Source: Methanothermus fervidus DSM 2088 (GTDB lineage Archaea; Methanobacteriota; Methanobacteria; DSM-2088; Methanothermaceae). From it: DNA of 32,000 bases. The stretch covers positions 960,001 through 992,000 of the forward strand of contig CP002278.1 of the NCBI GenBank assembly GCA_000166095.1, in the 5' to 3' direction. The notes beneath the pieces were generated by a model that saw nothing but the letters and a program-made list of their open reading frames with translations, was not told the DNA's origin and searched no databases. Positions 19,154 through 27,925 of the stretch are shown piece by piece (within the stretch, counting starts at the first letter, position 1; each line of letters opens with the position of its first letter). The position numbers and the translations under genes are program-made.

Positions 19154-19534
19154 TTACTTTTTTGGCACTAGTTTCCCAGATGCTACCAATCTACATATAT
19201 CTGTTTTTGTTATTACTCCTACCTCTTTATTGTTTTTTGTAACTAACAATCCAGAGACATCAGACCTTAACATCAAATTTGCTGCAACTTTAATGTCTTT
19301 TTCTGCAGGTATTTTTATAGGTTTTTTAGTCATTATGTCCTTAATTTTAATTTTTTTATTGGAAATATCAATTCCAGCAATGTCTGTGTATGATATTACA
19401 CCAATTATTTTTTTGTTTTGTGTTACAAAAAGCCTCCTTACACCTTTTTTAAACATTTTTTTAACAGCTTCTATTGGGTGCTCAGAAGCATCTATTGTTA
19501 TAATATCTTTATTCATTACTTCCTCTACTCTCAT
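19154..19534 (-). CDS. CBS-domain pair protein
   Basis: 126 aa with two CBS repeats (VMNKDIITID... and IMTKKPIKI...VGVITKTDI). AGGGG RBS before the ATG. Confidence 0.8.
   Translation of the reverse strand: MRVEEVMNKDIITIDASEHPIEAVKKMFKKGVRRLFVTQNKKIIGVISYTDIAGIDISNKKIKIKDIMTKKPIKIPAEKDIKVAANLMLRSDVSGLLVTKNNKEVGVITKTDICRLVASGKLVPKK
19158..19163 (+). terminator. Oligo-T (T6) tract 5 nt after the frhB stop, a candidate archaeal terminator
   Basis: TAATTACTTTTTTGG. The T6 is the complement of the terminal Lys-Lys codons of the convergent CBS gene. Confidence 0.35.
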
Positions 19535-19624
19535 GAATATTCCCCTAAAAAATTTTAGCGCCGAAAAAATTATATAGTGTAAATATATTTAACTTAAATT
19601 GGATAAAAATAATGAATTTAAAAT

Positions 19625-19698
19625 GGGCCCGTAGCTCAGTCTGGCAGAGCGTCTGGCTCTTAACCAGATGGTCGCGGGTTCAAATCCCGTCGGGCCCG
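19625..19698 (+). tRNA. tRNA-Lys (anticodon CUU)
   Basis: GGGCCCGTAGCTCAGTCTGGCAGAGCGTCTGGCTCTTAACCAGATGGTCGCGGGTTCAAATCCCGTCGGGCCCG. All four stems pair and the anticodon loop is CTCTTAA. Confidence 0.9.
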
Positions 19699-19706
19699 CT
19701 CAAAAT

Positions 19707-19778
19707 AGTCCCGTGGGGTAGTGGTAATCCTGCCAGGCTCTGGACCTGGCGACGGCGGTTCGAATCCGCCCGGGACTA
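19707..19778 (+). tRNA. tRNA-Gln (anticodon CUG)
   Basis: AGTCCCGTGGGGTAGTGGTAATCCTGCCAGGCTCTGGACCTGGCGACGGCGGTTCGAATCCGCCCGGGACTA. A1-U72 acceptor pair and anticodon loop CTCTGGA. It starts 8 nt after tRNA-Lys. Confidence 0.85.
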
Positions 19779-19793
19779 TTTTTTATCATTTTT
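19779..19793 (+). terminator. Oligo-T tracts (T6, then T5) immediately after tRNA-Gln
   Basis: TTTTTTATCATTTTT directly follows the discriminator base. Archaeal RNAP terminates at oligo-T. Confidence 0.45.
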
Positions 19794-19901
19794 GCCTGAT
19801 TTTAACAAAATATATATATTGGACAATGTTAGGTATGTAAGGGGATTAATAAAATTCTAGAAAAGTCCTGATTTTTAATTAAAAAAGGAGGAGACCAACC
19901 G

Positions 19902-20924
19902 ATGACATGCAGCGTATTAGTCGGTGGAGAATGGGGAGATGAAGGAAAAGGTAAATGTATAACCTATTTATGCCATGTTGATAAACCAGATATTGTAGCA
20001 AGGGCTGGAGTAGGTCCAAATGCTGGGCATACTGTGGAGTATAAAGGCAAAAAATATGCAGTAAGATTGACACCTTCTGGATTTATACATAAAGATGCAA
20101 AATTATTGATAGGTGCTGGTGTACTAATAGATCCAGAAGTTTTCTTACATGAGATGGAATATTTAAAAGAATATGAAGTTGATAAGAGAACATTTATTGA
20201 TTACAGGTGTGCAGTAATAGAAAAGAAACACAAAGAATTGGATAGGAAGTCTAGTCATTTATCTGAGAAGATAGGAACCACAGGTACTGGTTGTGGCCCA
20301 GCAAATGCTGATAGAGTTATGAGAAAAGCCAAATTAGCCAAACAAATTTCAGAGTTAAGTAAATATTTAACCAATGTTGCAGAGGAAATTAATGAAGCAA
20401 TTGACAATGATAAGGACGTAATTATCGAAGGTTCACAAGGTTTTGGCTTGTCATTATATTATGGCACTTATCCATATGTAACAAGTAAAGATACTACTGC
20501 AAGCTCAGCTGCAGCTGACGTTGGTGTAGGTCCTACCAAAATTGACGAAGTTATTGTAGTTTTTAAAGCATATGCTACAAGAGTTGGAGAAGGACCATTT
20601 CCAACAGAAATTAGCCAAGATGAAGCAAAAAAAATGGGAATCGTTGAATATGGGACAGTGACGGGTAGACCTCGCAGGGTAGGCTTGTTTGACATGGAAT
20701 TAGCCAAAGAATCATGCATGATAAACGGCGCAACTCAAATAGCACTTACTTGTGTTGATAAATTGTACCCCGACTGTGGAAGAGTTAAAAAATATGAGGA
20801 TTTATCTGTAGAAGCAAAGAGATTCATAGAAAGAATTGAGGAAGAAACTGGAGTGCCAGTAACAATAATATCTACAGGTCCAGATGTTGAGGATACTATT
20901 GATTTAAGAAAAGAGCTAATATAA
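19902..20924 (+). CDS. purA: Adenylosuccinate synthetase (short archaeal form)
   Basis: [12 protein letters not shown]-loop, [17 protein letters not shown] and GTVTGRPRR motifs. AGGAGGAG RBS. Confidence 0.9.
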   Translation: MTCSVLVGGEWGDEGKGKCITYLCHVDKPDIVARAGVGPNAGHTVEYKGKKYAVRLTPSGFIHKDAKLLIGAGVLIDPEVFLHEMEYLKEYEVDKRTFIDYRCAVIEKKHKELDRKSSHLSEKIGTTGTGCGPANADRVMRKAKLAKQISELSKYLTNVAEEINEAIDNDKDVIIEGSQGFGLSLYYGTYPYVTSKDTTASSAAADVGVGPTKIDEVIVVFKAYATRVGEGPFPTEISQDEAKKMGIVEYGTVTGRPRRVGLFDMELAKESCMINGATQIALTCVDKLYPDCGRVKKYEDLSVEAKRFIERIEEETGVPVTIISTGPDVEDTIDLRKELI

Positions 20925-21686
20925 TTATCTTAGAATATCATGCATCATCCAAAATTGATTCAATGTTTTCCATTTTCCATGTAATATAGCGTTTTTTGTA
21001 AATTTACATGCATCTTTAATAGATTTAATTTTGCTATTGCCTCTATCCAAGTATGCAGCAACTGCAGCAGAAAAAGTACAGCCAGTCCCATGAGTATTCT
21101 CACTCTCTATAAGTTTACTTTTTATTATTTTAATTTTTCCATCAATGTAAACAATATTTTTACCTGCTAGATCACCGCCAGTTATCACAACATCGCAAAA
21201 TTCACCAATTTTTTTAGCAGCTTTTTTTGCATCGTTAATATTATTTATACTAATCCCTGAAAGTTTTTCAGCCTCAAATTTATTTGGAGTAACTAAACTT
21301 GCCCTTGGCAGCAAATGTTTTTTCAACGCCTTAATAATACTTGATTCAGATAATGAATAACCAGATTCAGAAACCATAACCGGGTCCACAACAGCCTTTA
21401 AATTATATTCTTTAATTTTTTTAGATACGACTTTAACAATGTCCTTTGTATATAACATCCCTGTTTTACAATATTTTATAGGTAATTCCTCAAGTATAAT
21501 ATCTATTTGTTCTGAAATAAAATCTGGAGGAAGAGATAATATCTTTGATACTCTCTTTGTATTTTGCACTGTTAATGCAGTTATTACTGCTGCACCATAA
21601 CTTCCAATAGAAGAAAATGTTTTAATATCATTTAAAATTCCAGCACCGCCTGAAGGATCAAACCCTGCTATTGAAAGAGTTACCAT
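20925..21686 (-). CDS. thiD: Hydroxymethylpyrimidine/phosphomethylpyrimidine kinase ThiD
   Basis: VTLSIAGFDPSGGAGILNDIKTF...DPVMV...THGTGCTFSAA. AGGTGG RBS before ATG 21686, so the ORF-track start at 21725 is rejected. Confidence 0.85.
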   Translation of the reverse strand: MVTLSIAGFDPSGGAGILNDIKTFSSIGSYGAAVITALTVQNTKRVSKILSLPPDFISEQIDIILEELPIKYCKTGMLYTKDIVKVVSKKIKEYNLKAVVDPVMVSESGYSLSESSIIKALKKHLLPRASLVTPNKFEAEKLSGISINNINDAKKAAKKIGEFCDVVITGGDLAGKNIVYIDGKIKIIKSKLIESENTHGTGCTFSAAVAAYLDRGNSKIKSIKDACKFTKNAILHGKWKTLNQFWMMHDILR

Positions 21687-22351
21687 TTCTCTCGTTCCAC
21701 CTTTAATCTTATATTCCCATGCCAAGGTTTAACTGAAAATCCAAGTTTCTTAAGATATTTGTATGTCGATGTTCCTCTGCCATGAAGTAAAATTTCACCT
21801 AAATCTTCTTTTGTGTTGACATCTACTGAAAGATAAAATGAATCATATACATAAAAGCTGAGATTTCTTTTTTTAGCTTCTTCTATATGTTTAAAGAAAC
21901 TTAATTCTCCAAATCTTAAAGGTATAGCTTTTGGTTCTAAGAGAAGAGCATTAGTTCCACCACCTTTAGAAGGAGCAATGACTATGTCATATTCTTTACC
22001 TTTATTTATTAAAGTATGTATATCGCATTTAAGAACAAGAGGAACATCTGCAGGAATTATTAGTACTTTGTCAAAATCTCTATATTCATCTATTGCTTTT
22101 TCCAAAGCACCATTTAATTCAATTATTTCACTTTCTTCAAATATTTCTACCCCTATTTCATACCCAAACTCTAATATATTTTCATCAGAACTTACTATAA
22201 CTATTTCATCAACAAAATTATTTAATGCAGATGTTACATCACGTATCATTGCCTTTAACAAATTTTCTCTTTCAGCAGTTGATAATATAGTAGATAAACG
22301 CGTTTTAGCGCGTGGAAGTTCTGAGACTGGTATCATTGAGCATGTACGCAT
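21680..22351 (-). CDS. cofC: 2-phospho-L-lactate guanylyltransferase CofC (F420 biosynthesis)
   Basis: IPVSELPRAKTRLS N-terminus, IIPADVPL and GGGTNALL motifs of the CofC/MobA-like fold. AGGAG RBS 8 nt before ATG 22351. Confidence 0.8.
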   Translation of the reverse strand: MRTCSMIPVSELPRAKTRLSTILSTAERENLLKAMIRDVTSALNNFVDEIVIVSSDENILEFGYEIGVEIFEESEIIELNGALEKAIDEYRDFDKVLIIPADVPLVLKCDIHTLINKGKEYDIVIAPSKGGGTNALLLEPKAIPLRFGELSFFKHIEEAKKRNLSFYVYDSFYLSVDVNTKEDLGEILLHGRGTSTYKYLKKLGFSVKPWHGNIRLKVEREKW

Positions 22352-22362
22352 TTTAGATTCTC

Positions 22363-23010
22363 CTATTTTTGGAAAAATTGTTTAAATCTATTTATTATTT
22401 CTTGCAATAAATTTTTACTTATATTTTGAATGTTAAAACTACTACTCATGTTTTTACTAAATTCTGCCTCCATCTTGTAAATCTTTTCTTGCAGTGTATC
22501 ATATGAAATATTATTTTTTGATACAAAAGCTAAACTTTCTCCTGAATATGGATCATAATTTGTGCCCCTCACCAACAACCATATTTTAAGTTGTGTATCA
22601 GTTATATTTTCCTGGTTGGTCCAATTGGTAGAAGAAATTACATAACTTATAGCTTCTGGTGCATACCCATCAGCTTTCAAATGTTCTCCTTTTATAGCAC
22701 ATGTTTCAGGTTCTATACAAAATGCAGGCACATCTGCATATGTATGCGGTACTAAAATATCATCTTTTGCAATTACTAAATCTTGTGATTGGTTGCTTTC
22801 AAGTATTGTGCCTTTTTTAACATAAATTGGAAAGTACTTATTATTGTATATACGAACTTGATGTGGAACAGTTCCAGCAGGTGTAAGTTGAACAATATCC
22901 ACATTTTTCATTTTTTCAAGAGTTAGTTCATTTAAAGAATAATTTAATCCCCCTGGTATCAAAGCAAACAAAATTATAAATAAAATTACTAAAAATATTC
23001 TAACATTCAA
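22363..23010 (-). CDS. Hypothetical exported or membrane-anchored protein (215 aa)
   Basis: TTG start with a GAGGT RBS that overlaps the proS stop. N-terminal signal/anchor IFLVILFIILFALIPGG. I recognise no family, but see findings for the FCIE / TQLKIW motif pair. Confidence 0.55.
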   Translation of the reverse strand: MNVRIFLVILFIILFALIPGGLNYSLNELTLEKMKNVDIVQLTPAGTVPHQVRIYNNKYFPIYVKKGTILESNQSQDLVIAKDDILVPHTYADVPAFCIEPETCAIKGEHLKADGYAPEAISYVISSTNWTNQENITDTQLKIWLLVRGTNYDPYSGESLAFVSKNNISYDTLQEKIYKMEAEFSKNMSSSFNIQNISKNLLQEIINRFKQFFQK

Positions 23011-23021
23011 TTAAAATACCT

Positions 23022-24422
23022 CTAATATGTTTTTGCAAGTAAAACTTTGTATTTTCCATCTTCATTACAATTTAAACATTTTCCTGATGATTTACCTTCT
23101 ATACCAAGCATGTCTGCCTTTATTTTTTCTTCTAAATTTTTACCACAGTTTTCATTACCACACCAAATAACTCTAACAACGCCTTTCCCATTATTTATTA
23201 TATCTTTACATTTTTTGATATCATCTACATCATATATCTTCTTTTTCATTTTCTCCCAAGCTCTCTTTCTCATATCATTGTTCATCTTTTCAATAATAGA
23301 TTTTATATTTTCAACAAAATTATCATCAAACTTAACATCCATTTTCTCTCCAGAATCTCTCCTTACTACAACTACTTTATTTTTTTCGATATCTTTAGGT
23401 CCTATTTCTATTCTCAATGGTATTCCTTTCATCTCCCATTCATAAAATTTACGTCCAGCTCTTATGTCTCTGTCATCCAAATGTACTTTCAATTTCCCTT
23501 CTTTTAATTTCTTTTCAACATTTTTACAAAATTCTAAAACTTCTTCTTCTGTTTCTTTAAATATTATAGGAACTATTACTATTTGTATTGGAGCAATTTT
23601 TGGTGGTAAACAAAGACCTTTTTCATCTCCATGGATGCTAATCACTGAAGCAATTACTCTATCTGAAACACCATAACATGTTTGATAAGCATGCTCATGT
23701 TTACCTTCTTCTGTTTCAAATGTTATATCAAAAGTCTTTGAAAAATTCTGACCAAGGTTATGGATAGTACCTATTTGTAAGGTCCTACCATCAGGCATAA
23801 GAGTATCAAATGCTATTGTATATACAGCTCCAGGGAATTTATCCCATTCAGGACGTTTTGTAATCAAATAGGGAATACCTAATGAATCGAAAAAGGTTTT
23901 ATATATATTTATAGCCTTTTTAACTTGTTTTTCTGCTCCTTCTAATGTCTTATGGACTGTATGAGCCTCTTTAAATGTAGTTATTTCTCTAATCCTTATC
24001 AATGGTCTAGTGTGTTTTGTCTCATATCTAAAAGTATTTACAATTTGATAAACTTTTAATGGTAAATCTTTGTGTGTCCTTATCCACAAAGAAAACATAG
24101 GATACATTGCTGTTTCACTTGTTGGTCTTAAAGCTAATTTTCTTTTTAATTTTGCTTTTCCTCCATGAGTTACCCAATAAACTTCGTCTTCAAATCCTTT
24201 TATATGTATAGATTCTTTCATCAATTCTTCTTCTGGTATTAATAATGGGAAAAGAACTTCGTCATGATCTTCATCAAGTAATTTTCTTAAAGTTTCAATG
24301 ATTTTTTTTCTAATTTTGAAGCCATAGGGGAGCCATGCATGCATTCCTTTAACTGGATACCTAGAATCTATTATTTCAGCATTTTCTAGTATTTCATGAT
24401 ACCATTCGCTAAAATTTTCCAT
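23022..24422 (-). CDS. proS: Prolyl-tRNA synthetase (archaeal/eukaryotic type)
   Basis: [34 protein letters not shown]..., class II motifs, and a C-terminal zinc-binding region ending in a C-terminal Tyr. AGGTGG RBS before ATG 24422. The ORF-track GTG 24431 lies inside the RBS. Confidence 0.9.
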   Translation of the reverse strand: MENFSEWYHEILENAEIIDSRYPVKGMHAWLPYGFKIRKKIIETLRKLLDEDHDEVLFPLLIPEEELMKESIHIKGFEDEVYWVTHGGKAKLKRKLALRPTSETAMYPMFSLWIRTHKDLPLKVYQIVNTFRYETKHTRPLIRIREITTFKEAHTVHKTLEGAEKQVKKAINIYKTFFDSLGIPYLITKRPEWDKFPGAVYTIAFDTLMPDGRTLQIGTIHNLGQNFSKTFDITFETEEGKHEHAYQTCYGVSDRVIASVISIHGDEKGLCLPPKIAPIQIVIVPIIFKETEEEVLEFCKNVEKKLKEGKLKVHLDDRDIRAGRKFYEWEMKGIPLRIEIGPKDIEKNKVVVVRRDSGEKMDVKFDDNFVENIKSIIEKMNNDMRKRAWEKMKKKIYDVDDIKKCKDIINNGKGVVRVIWCGNENCGKNLEEKIKADMLGIEGKSSGKCLNCNEDGKYKVLLAKTY

Positions 24423-24496
24423 CCTATCCACCTTATTTTAGACATTTTACTTAAATTGTGATTAAAATAAGAATAAAAAGTAGAAAAAGGAAGTAG

Positions 24497-24571
24497 CGGA
24501 CCCGGCGGGATTTGAACCCGCGATCTTCGGATTAGAAGTCCGACGCCCTATCCAGGCTAGGCCACGGGCCC
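24497..24571 (-). tRNA. tRNA-Arg (anticodon UCU)
   Basis: The reverse complement is GGGCCCGTGGCCTAGCCTGGATAGGGCGTCGGACTTCTAATCCGAAGATCGCGGGTTCAAATCCCGCCGGGTCC. It differs from the tRNA-Arg(CCU) at 11.8 kb at only 3 positions. Confidence 0.9.
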
Positions 24572-25323
24572 TACAGATAGATAGGTAATTCTGGTTCTTT
24601 TTGTTGTTGTTTCTGTACTTTTTCAGCTAATCTTTTTAATCTTGATTCTATTTTTTTGGCTTCATCTAATAATGGTTGAGGATCAACTTCAATATCAGCA
24701 ATTTTATTTAGTAACTCTATAACGTTTGCAGCAGCCCTAGGATCAGGGTATGGACTGATAACTTCAGCAAATATACATGATGCAGGTATGTTTTTTGTTT
24801 TACATTTAGTTAGTAAAGTACCTGCCAGCCCTGCAATTATACCTGATTTTAAAGTTGGTACTCCTAGTTTTTCAAATCTTTTTAAGGATTGATCATTATT
24901 ACCTGCACCAACTATTTTTGGTGCACCGCCTCTTGCCAAAACACTACTAATAGTTATTACTTCCCTACTATTATTTTTTTCTACCCACTCAACTATAATA
25001 TTTGTTATATCGAACACTGAATCGCTGGGGATGAGGAAATCTGATAAGAATAATACTATGTCATCCCCACCATACATCCTAAATGGATGTAATGCTTTTC
25101 CTTCCTTTAATACAGCTACAGGTGGTAATTTTTTAGATTCTATATATCCTATTTCTTTTAGACCTAAATCTTCTATAACTCTCCATCCAACTATATTACC
25201 TATTAATCCAATGTTTGGAGATCCCTCTATTACTAATGCATCTTCTATAGAATTTTTACAAACTAATCTACAATCTCCACTTTCTATTATTTTATCCTCC
25301 AGGGGCACCTCCCGCTCCTCCAA
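24571..25323 (-). CDS. PAC2-family proteasome assembly chaperone-like protein (paralog 2)
   Basis: VIEGSPNIGLIGNIVG..., a coiled-coil C-terminal region and a C-terminal ...PIYL (HbYX-like). Start is TTG 25323 or GTG 25308, and both overlap the upstream gene's end. Confidence 0.7.
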   Translation of the reverse strand: MEEREVPLEDKIIESGDCRLVCKNSIEDALVIEGSPNIGLIGNIVGWRVIEDLGLKEIGYIESKKLPPVAVLKEGKALHPFRMYGGDDIVLFLSDFLIPSDSVFDITNIIVEWVEKNNSREVITISSVLARGGAPKIVGAGNNDQSLKRFEKLGVPTLKSGIIAGLAGTLLTKCKTKNIPASCIFAEVISPYPDPRAAANVIELLNKIADIEVDPQPLLDEAKKIESRLKRLAEKVQKQQQKEPELPIYL

Positions 25324-25732
25324 GGTTTTTACCTGTTTTTACATCTATGTATATTTCACCAACTTGTTTTCCATTTTTGATCACTGGAACAACATAAACT
25401 GGTTTTCCATCAATGTAAACAATTTTTGGAGATCCTGGGGATGCTCCAGGTTCCTCTATGTATTTACTTGCTATATTTTTTGCGTTTTCATGTCCTATTT
25501 CTGTAGATTCCTTATCACCTTTTTTTGGGTTATTACCTTCCTCTGTGCTCATAACATTTTTGTTTTTTGATCCTTCATTTATATTTTTTGGTTTATTTAT
25601 ATTTTCTCCAAAATTTTTTGTTGGGTTACCTACCCCTTGGAACACATGGTGTAGAATATTATATCCAGCTATAACTACCCCTATCATACCTATAACTAAT
25701 ATAGCTAAAGCAATACTTTTCTTTGAATTCAC
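25292..25732 (-). CDS. Membrane-anchored PepSY-like domain protein
   Basis: One TM helix (IALAILVIGMIGVVIAG), a low-complexity linker, then a PepSY-like AKNIASKYIEEPGA...PVYVVPVIKNGKQVGEIYIDVKTGK. GGTGGG RBS before GTG 25732. TTTATATA box at 25783-25776. Confidence 0.6.
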   Translation of the reverse strand: MNSKKSIALAILVIGMIGVVIAGYNILHHVFQGVGNPTKNFGENINKPKNINEGSKNKNVMSTEEGNNPKKGDKESTEIGHENAKNIASKYIEEPGASPGSPKIVYIDGKPVYVVPVIKNGKQVGEIYIDVKTGKNLGGAGGAPGG

Positions 25733-26014
25733 TTTTATCCCACCTTCTCCATAAATCATTTTCTTGAGTTTCTCCTATATAAATTTTTTTTAACATAATT
25801 TGAATGTTGAACTGTGAAGCCATAAGACCTTATTACCTTAAATATATCCCCCAAATTTATTCTTATATTTGAAAAATTGTAAAAAATTGTTATTTTCTAA
25901 GAAAGTCAAATTCTTTTTAGTTTTCAAAAAAGAAAATATTTTTAAGTTTAAATAAAAAATTATACACAGTTAAATTTTTAACTCAAAAACCTTTAAAGAT
26001 GGAGGAGAATCAAG

Positions 26015-26704
26015 TTGCGTAAATTTATGATTTTCATTGCAATCATTGCTGTATATCTAATACATGTTCACTATGTTGTGGCTAATGGACCCTTCATTCC
26101 ATTAGGTAGATTAGCCTTTGTTAAATTAGCAAATCCAGATATGTATCCAGGACATCCACATTCTAAAGTTCTTGCAGAATATGCAAAAAAATATGGATCA
26201 AAATGTGCATTAGTTGTTCACTATTGTGGAGGTTCTAATTATCGTCATTATATGGAAGGAGATGTACTTATAATACAACTTGCTTACATTGAAAAAAATA
26301 AACCTTATACAACTACAATAAACTGGTCTGAGGTATGGAGAGAAGGTATATATGGAATACCAGATAATGAATGGGAATATAAGGCAGATGGAAAAGTATT
26401 TAAAAATTTGGATGATGCATTATCCTATGTTGAAGAATTAGCTAAAAGAAATGGACAAAAGGGTCCAATACCTTTAGTCTACCATGGTACAGTGCGTGAA
26501 GGAAATGTAATAATTAATCAGGGCTGTGGTTTTCCTCTTTACTACTACTTGTTAAGAAAAGAATATGGACCACTAGTAGCTTATTATTATGTTATTAAAG
26601 GAATATTATTCCCTTACTTCAATTTACCATATAGAGATTTTGAAATTAGAAATGCACCTCTCCTACAATTCTACTATACAAACAACATGCTTAACTATGA
26701 GTAG
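26015..26704 (+). CDS. Hypothetical secreted protein, Tyr/aromatic-rich (229 aa)
   Basis: GGAGGAG RBS at about 26001, then TTG 26015 (ATG 26027 is an alternative). N-terminal signal-like FMIFIAIIAVYLIHVHYVVA. I recognise no family. Confidence 0.55.
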   Translation: MRKFMIFIAIIAVYLIHVHYVVANGPFIPLGRLAFVKLANPDMYPGHPHSKVLAEYAKKYGSKCALVVHYCGGSNYRHYMEGDVLIIQLAYIEKNKPYTTTINWSEVWREGIYGIPDNEWEYKADGKVFKNLDDALSYVEELAKRNGQKGPIPLVYHGTVREGNVIINQGCGFPLYYYLLRKEYGPLVAYYYVIKGILFPYFNLPYRDFEIRNAPLLQFYYTNNMLNYE

Positions 26705-27839
26705 CATTGGAAAGTTTCCTTATCACTTTTTTAATAGTTTCAACTGGAGCATCTGTTTTAATGCCTACGGGGCTATAATGTGTTCTTGTTGCACGGAATC
26801 CAAGCTCTCTTAGAGAATTTATAATTTTGTCTATTTTTGGGGCGCTAATTCTTAAATCACTACATATTCTATGAACATCATAATATGTGGCAGGCATTTC
26901 ACATTCCTGCGAACAAACTTCAATAAATTTTAAAATTTTTTGATTGGCATAACTAACTATAGACTTCCTAATTTCTTTAACAAATTCAGGATCATAAACC
27001 TTGCCAACCCACAATGGCCCACCAACATGTAGTTTATGGCCACAGGATGGACATTCTGAAGGATGTTGGTAGCTTAGTCCAGCACGTGTTTCTCTATAAA
27101 AACAATTATTACAATGTAAAATAAAACCTATGTTTTTGTCAATACATTTATCTGTCTTTTTAGCTCCTTTTTTTACCTTTAAATATAGTCGTACATAATG
27201 TTTGGTACTATGTGAAAATTTTGGAACAATGTACTTGTCATATTTTGCTCCATTCATTGCAACAAAAGCCATAAGTATACGCACAGCATTTTCATGGCAA
27301 TATTCTGTTTTTAATGGTACTGAATTGTATTTTCTAATACATGCAGTTCTATAGGTCCCACACAATGCTGATGTATCAGTTGCAGTTATACATAATAGGG
27401 AATCTCGTTTTGCAGAATAAAGTGTTGAATCAATGAAAGGTGAAGGTGTCCCAAAAGGATCTATATCTATAATATCAAATTTACCTCTGTTCTTCCTCAA
27501 AAATATATTGGCTTCTTCTTGTGAAACTTCAGCTTCAATATTATTTAAAGCTACATTTTTCTTTATAAATTTTACAGCTGTTTCATCTATATCATTTATA
27601 AAAACTTTATTTACATTTTTAACTTCTTTAAAATACCTTATACCACGTATACCACTTGCACCAAAAGTATCAGCAACAGATATTTCCTTATTGATTTCTT
27701 TTTGGAATTGTTGCAATATAATTACAGATAAGTCTCTATCAAATTTCATTGCAGGATTATAAAATACAGGAGCTTCTGACGATACTTTTTTGAATTTTGG
27801 AATTTTTATCTTTACTTTACCCTCTCTAATTGTTTCCAT
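26691..27839 (-). CDS. trm1: tRNA (guanine26-N2)-dimethyltransferase Trm1
   Basis: METIREGKVKIKIP...FYNPAMKFDRD...DPFGTP and a zinc-finger insert CNNC...CPSCG. GGTGAT RBS before ATG 27839, so the ORF-track start at 27932 is rejected. Confidence 0.9.
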   Translation of the reverse strand: METIREGKVKIKIPKFKKVSSEAPVFYNPAMKFDRDLSVIILQQFQKEINKEISVADTFGASGIRGIRYFKEVKNVNKVFINDIDETAVKFIKKNVALNNIEAEVSQEEANIFLRKNRGKFDIIDIDPFGTPSPFIDSTLYSAKRDSLLCITATDTSALCGTYRTACIRKYNSVPLKTEYCHENAVRILMAFVAMNGAKYDKYIVPKFSHSTKHYVRLYLKVKKGAKKTDKCIDKNIGFILHCNNCFYRETRAGLSYQHPSECPSCGHKLHVGGPLWVGKVYDPEFVKEIRKSIVSYANQKILKFIEVCSQECEMPATYYDVHRICSDLRISAPKIDKIINSLRELGFRATRTHYSPVGIKTDAPVETIKKVIRKLSNATHS

Positions 27840-27925
27840 CCTATCACCAAAAAAGTTTTTTATTAAAAAATCGGAATAAATTAATTTTTGAAAAAGGTTT
27901 TTAATCAAATGGTAGGGGAGAATGA

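Noticed and set aside
19612-19860. 82-aa ORF on the plus strand in the ORF track
   Set aside because: It is read straight through two cloverleaf-folding tRNA genes (Lys-CUU and Gln-CUG). Its Trp/Arg-rich sequence is an artefact of the GC-rich tRNA DNA, and it has no RBS.
19825-19875. Possible second C/D-box sRNA between tRNA-Gln and purA (GGAC...GTCCTGA, with two CTGA motifs)
   Set aside because: There is no RUGAUGA C or C' box on either strand and no 12-nt box spacing. This is more likely the purA promoter and 5' region.
25803-25871. 22-aa plus-strand ORF (MLNCEAIRPYYLKYIPQIYSYI) and a minus-strand ORF of about 54 aa in the 25.76-26.01 kb spacer
   Set aside because: Neither has an RBS. The minus-strand ORF runs out of frame into the PepSY-like gene. 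The region is better explained as two divergent promoters.
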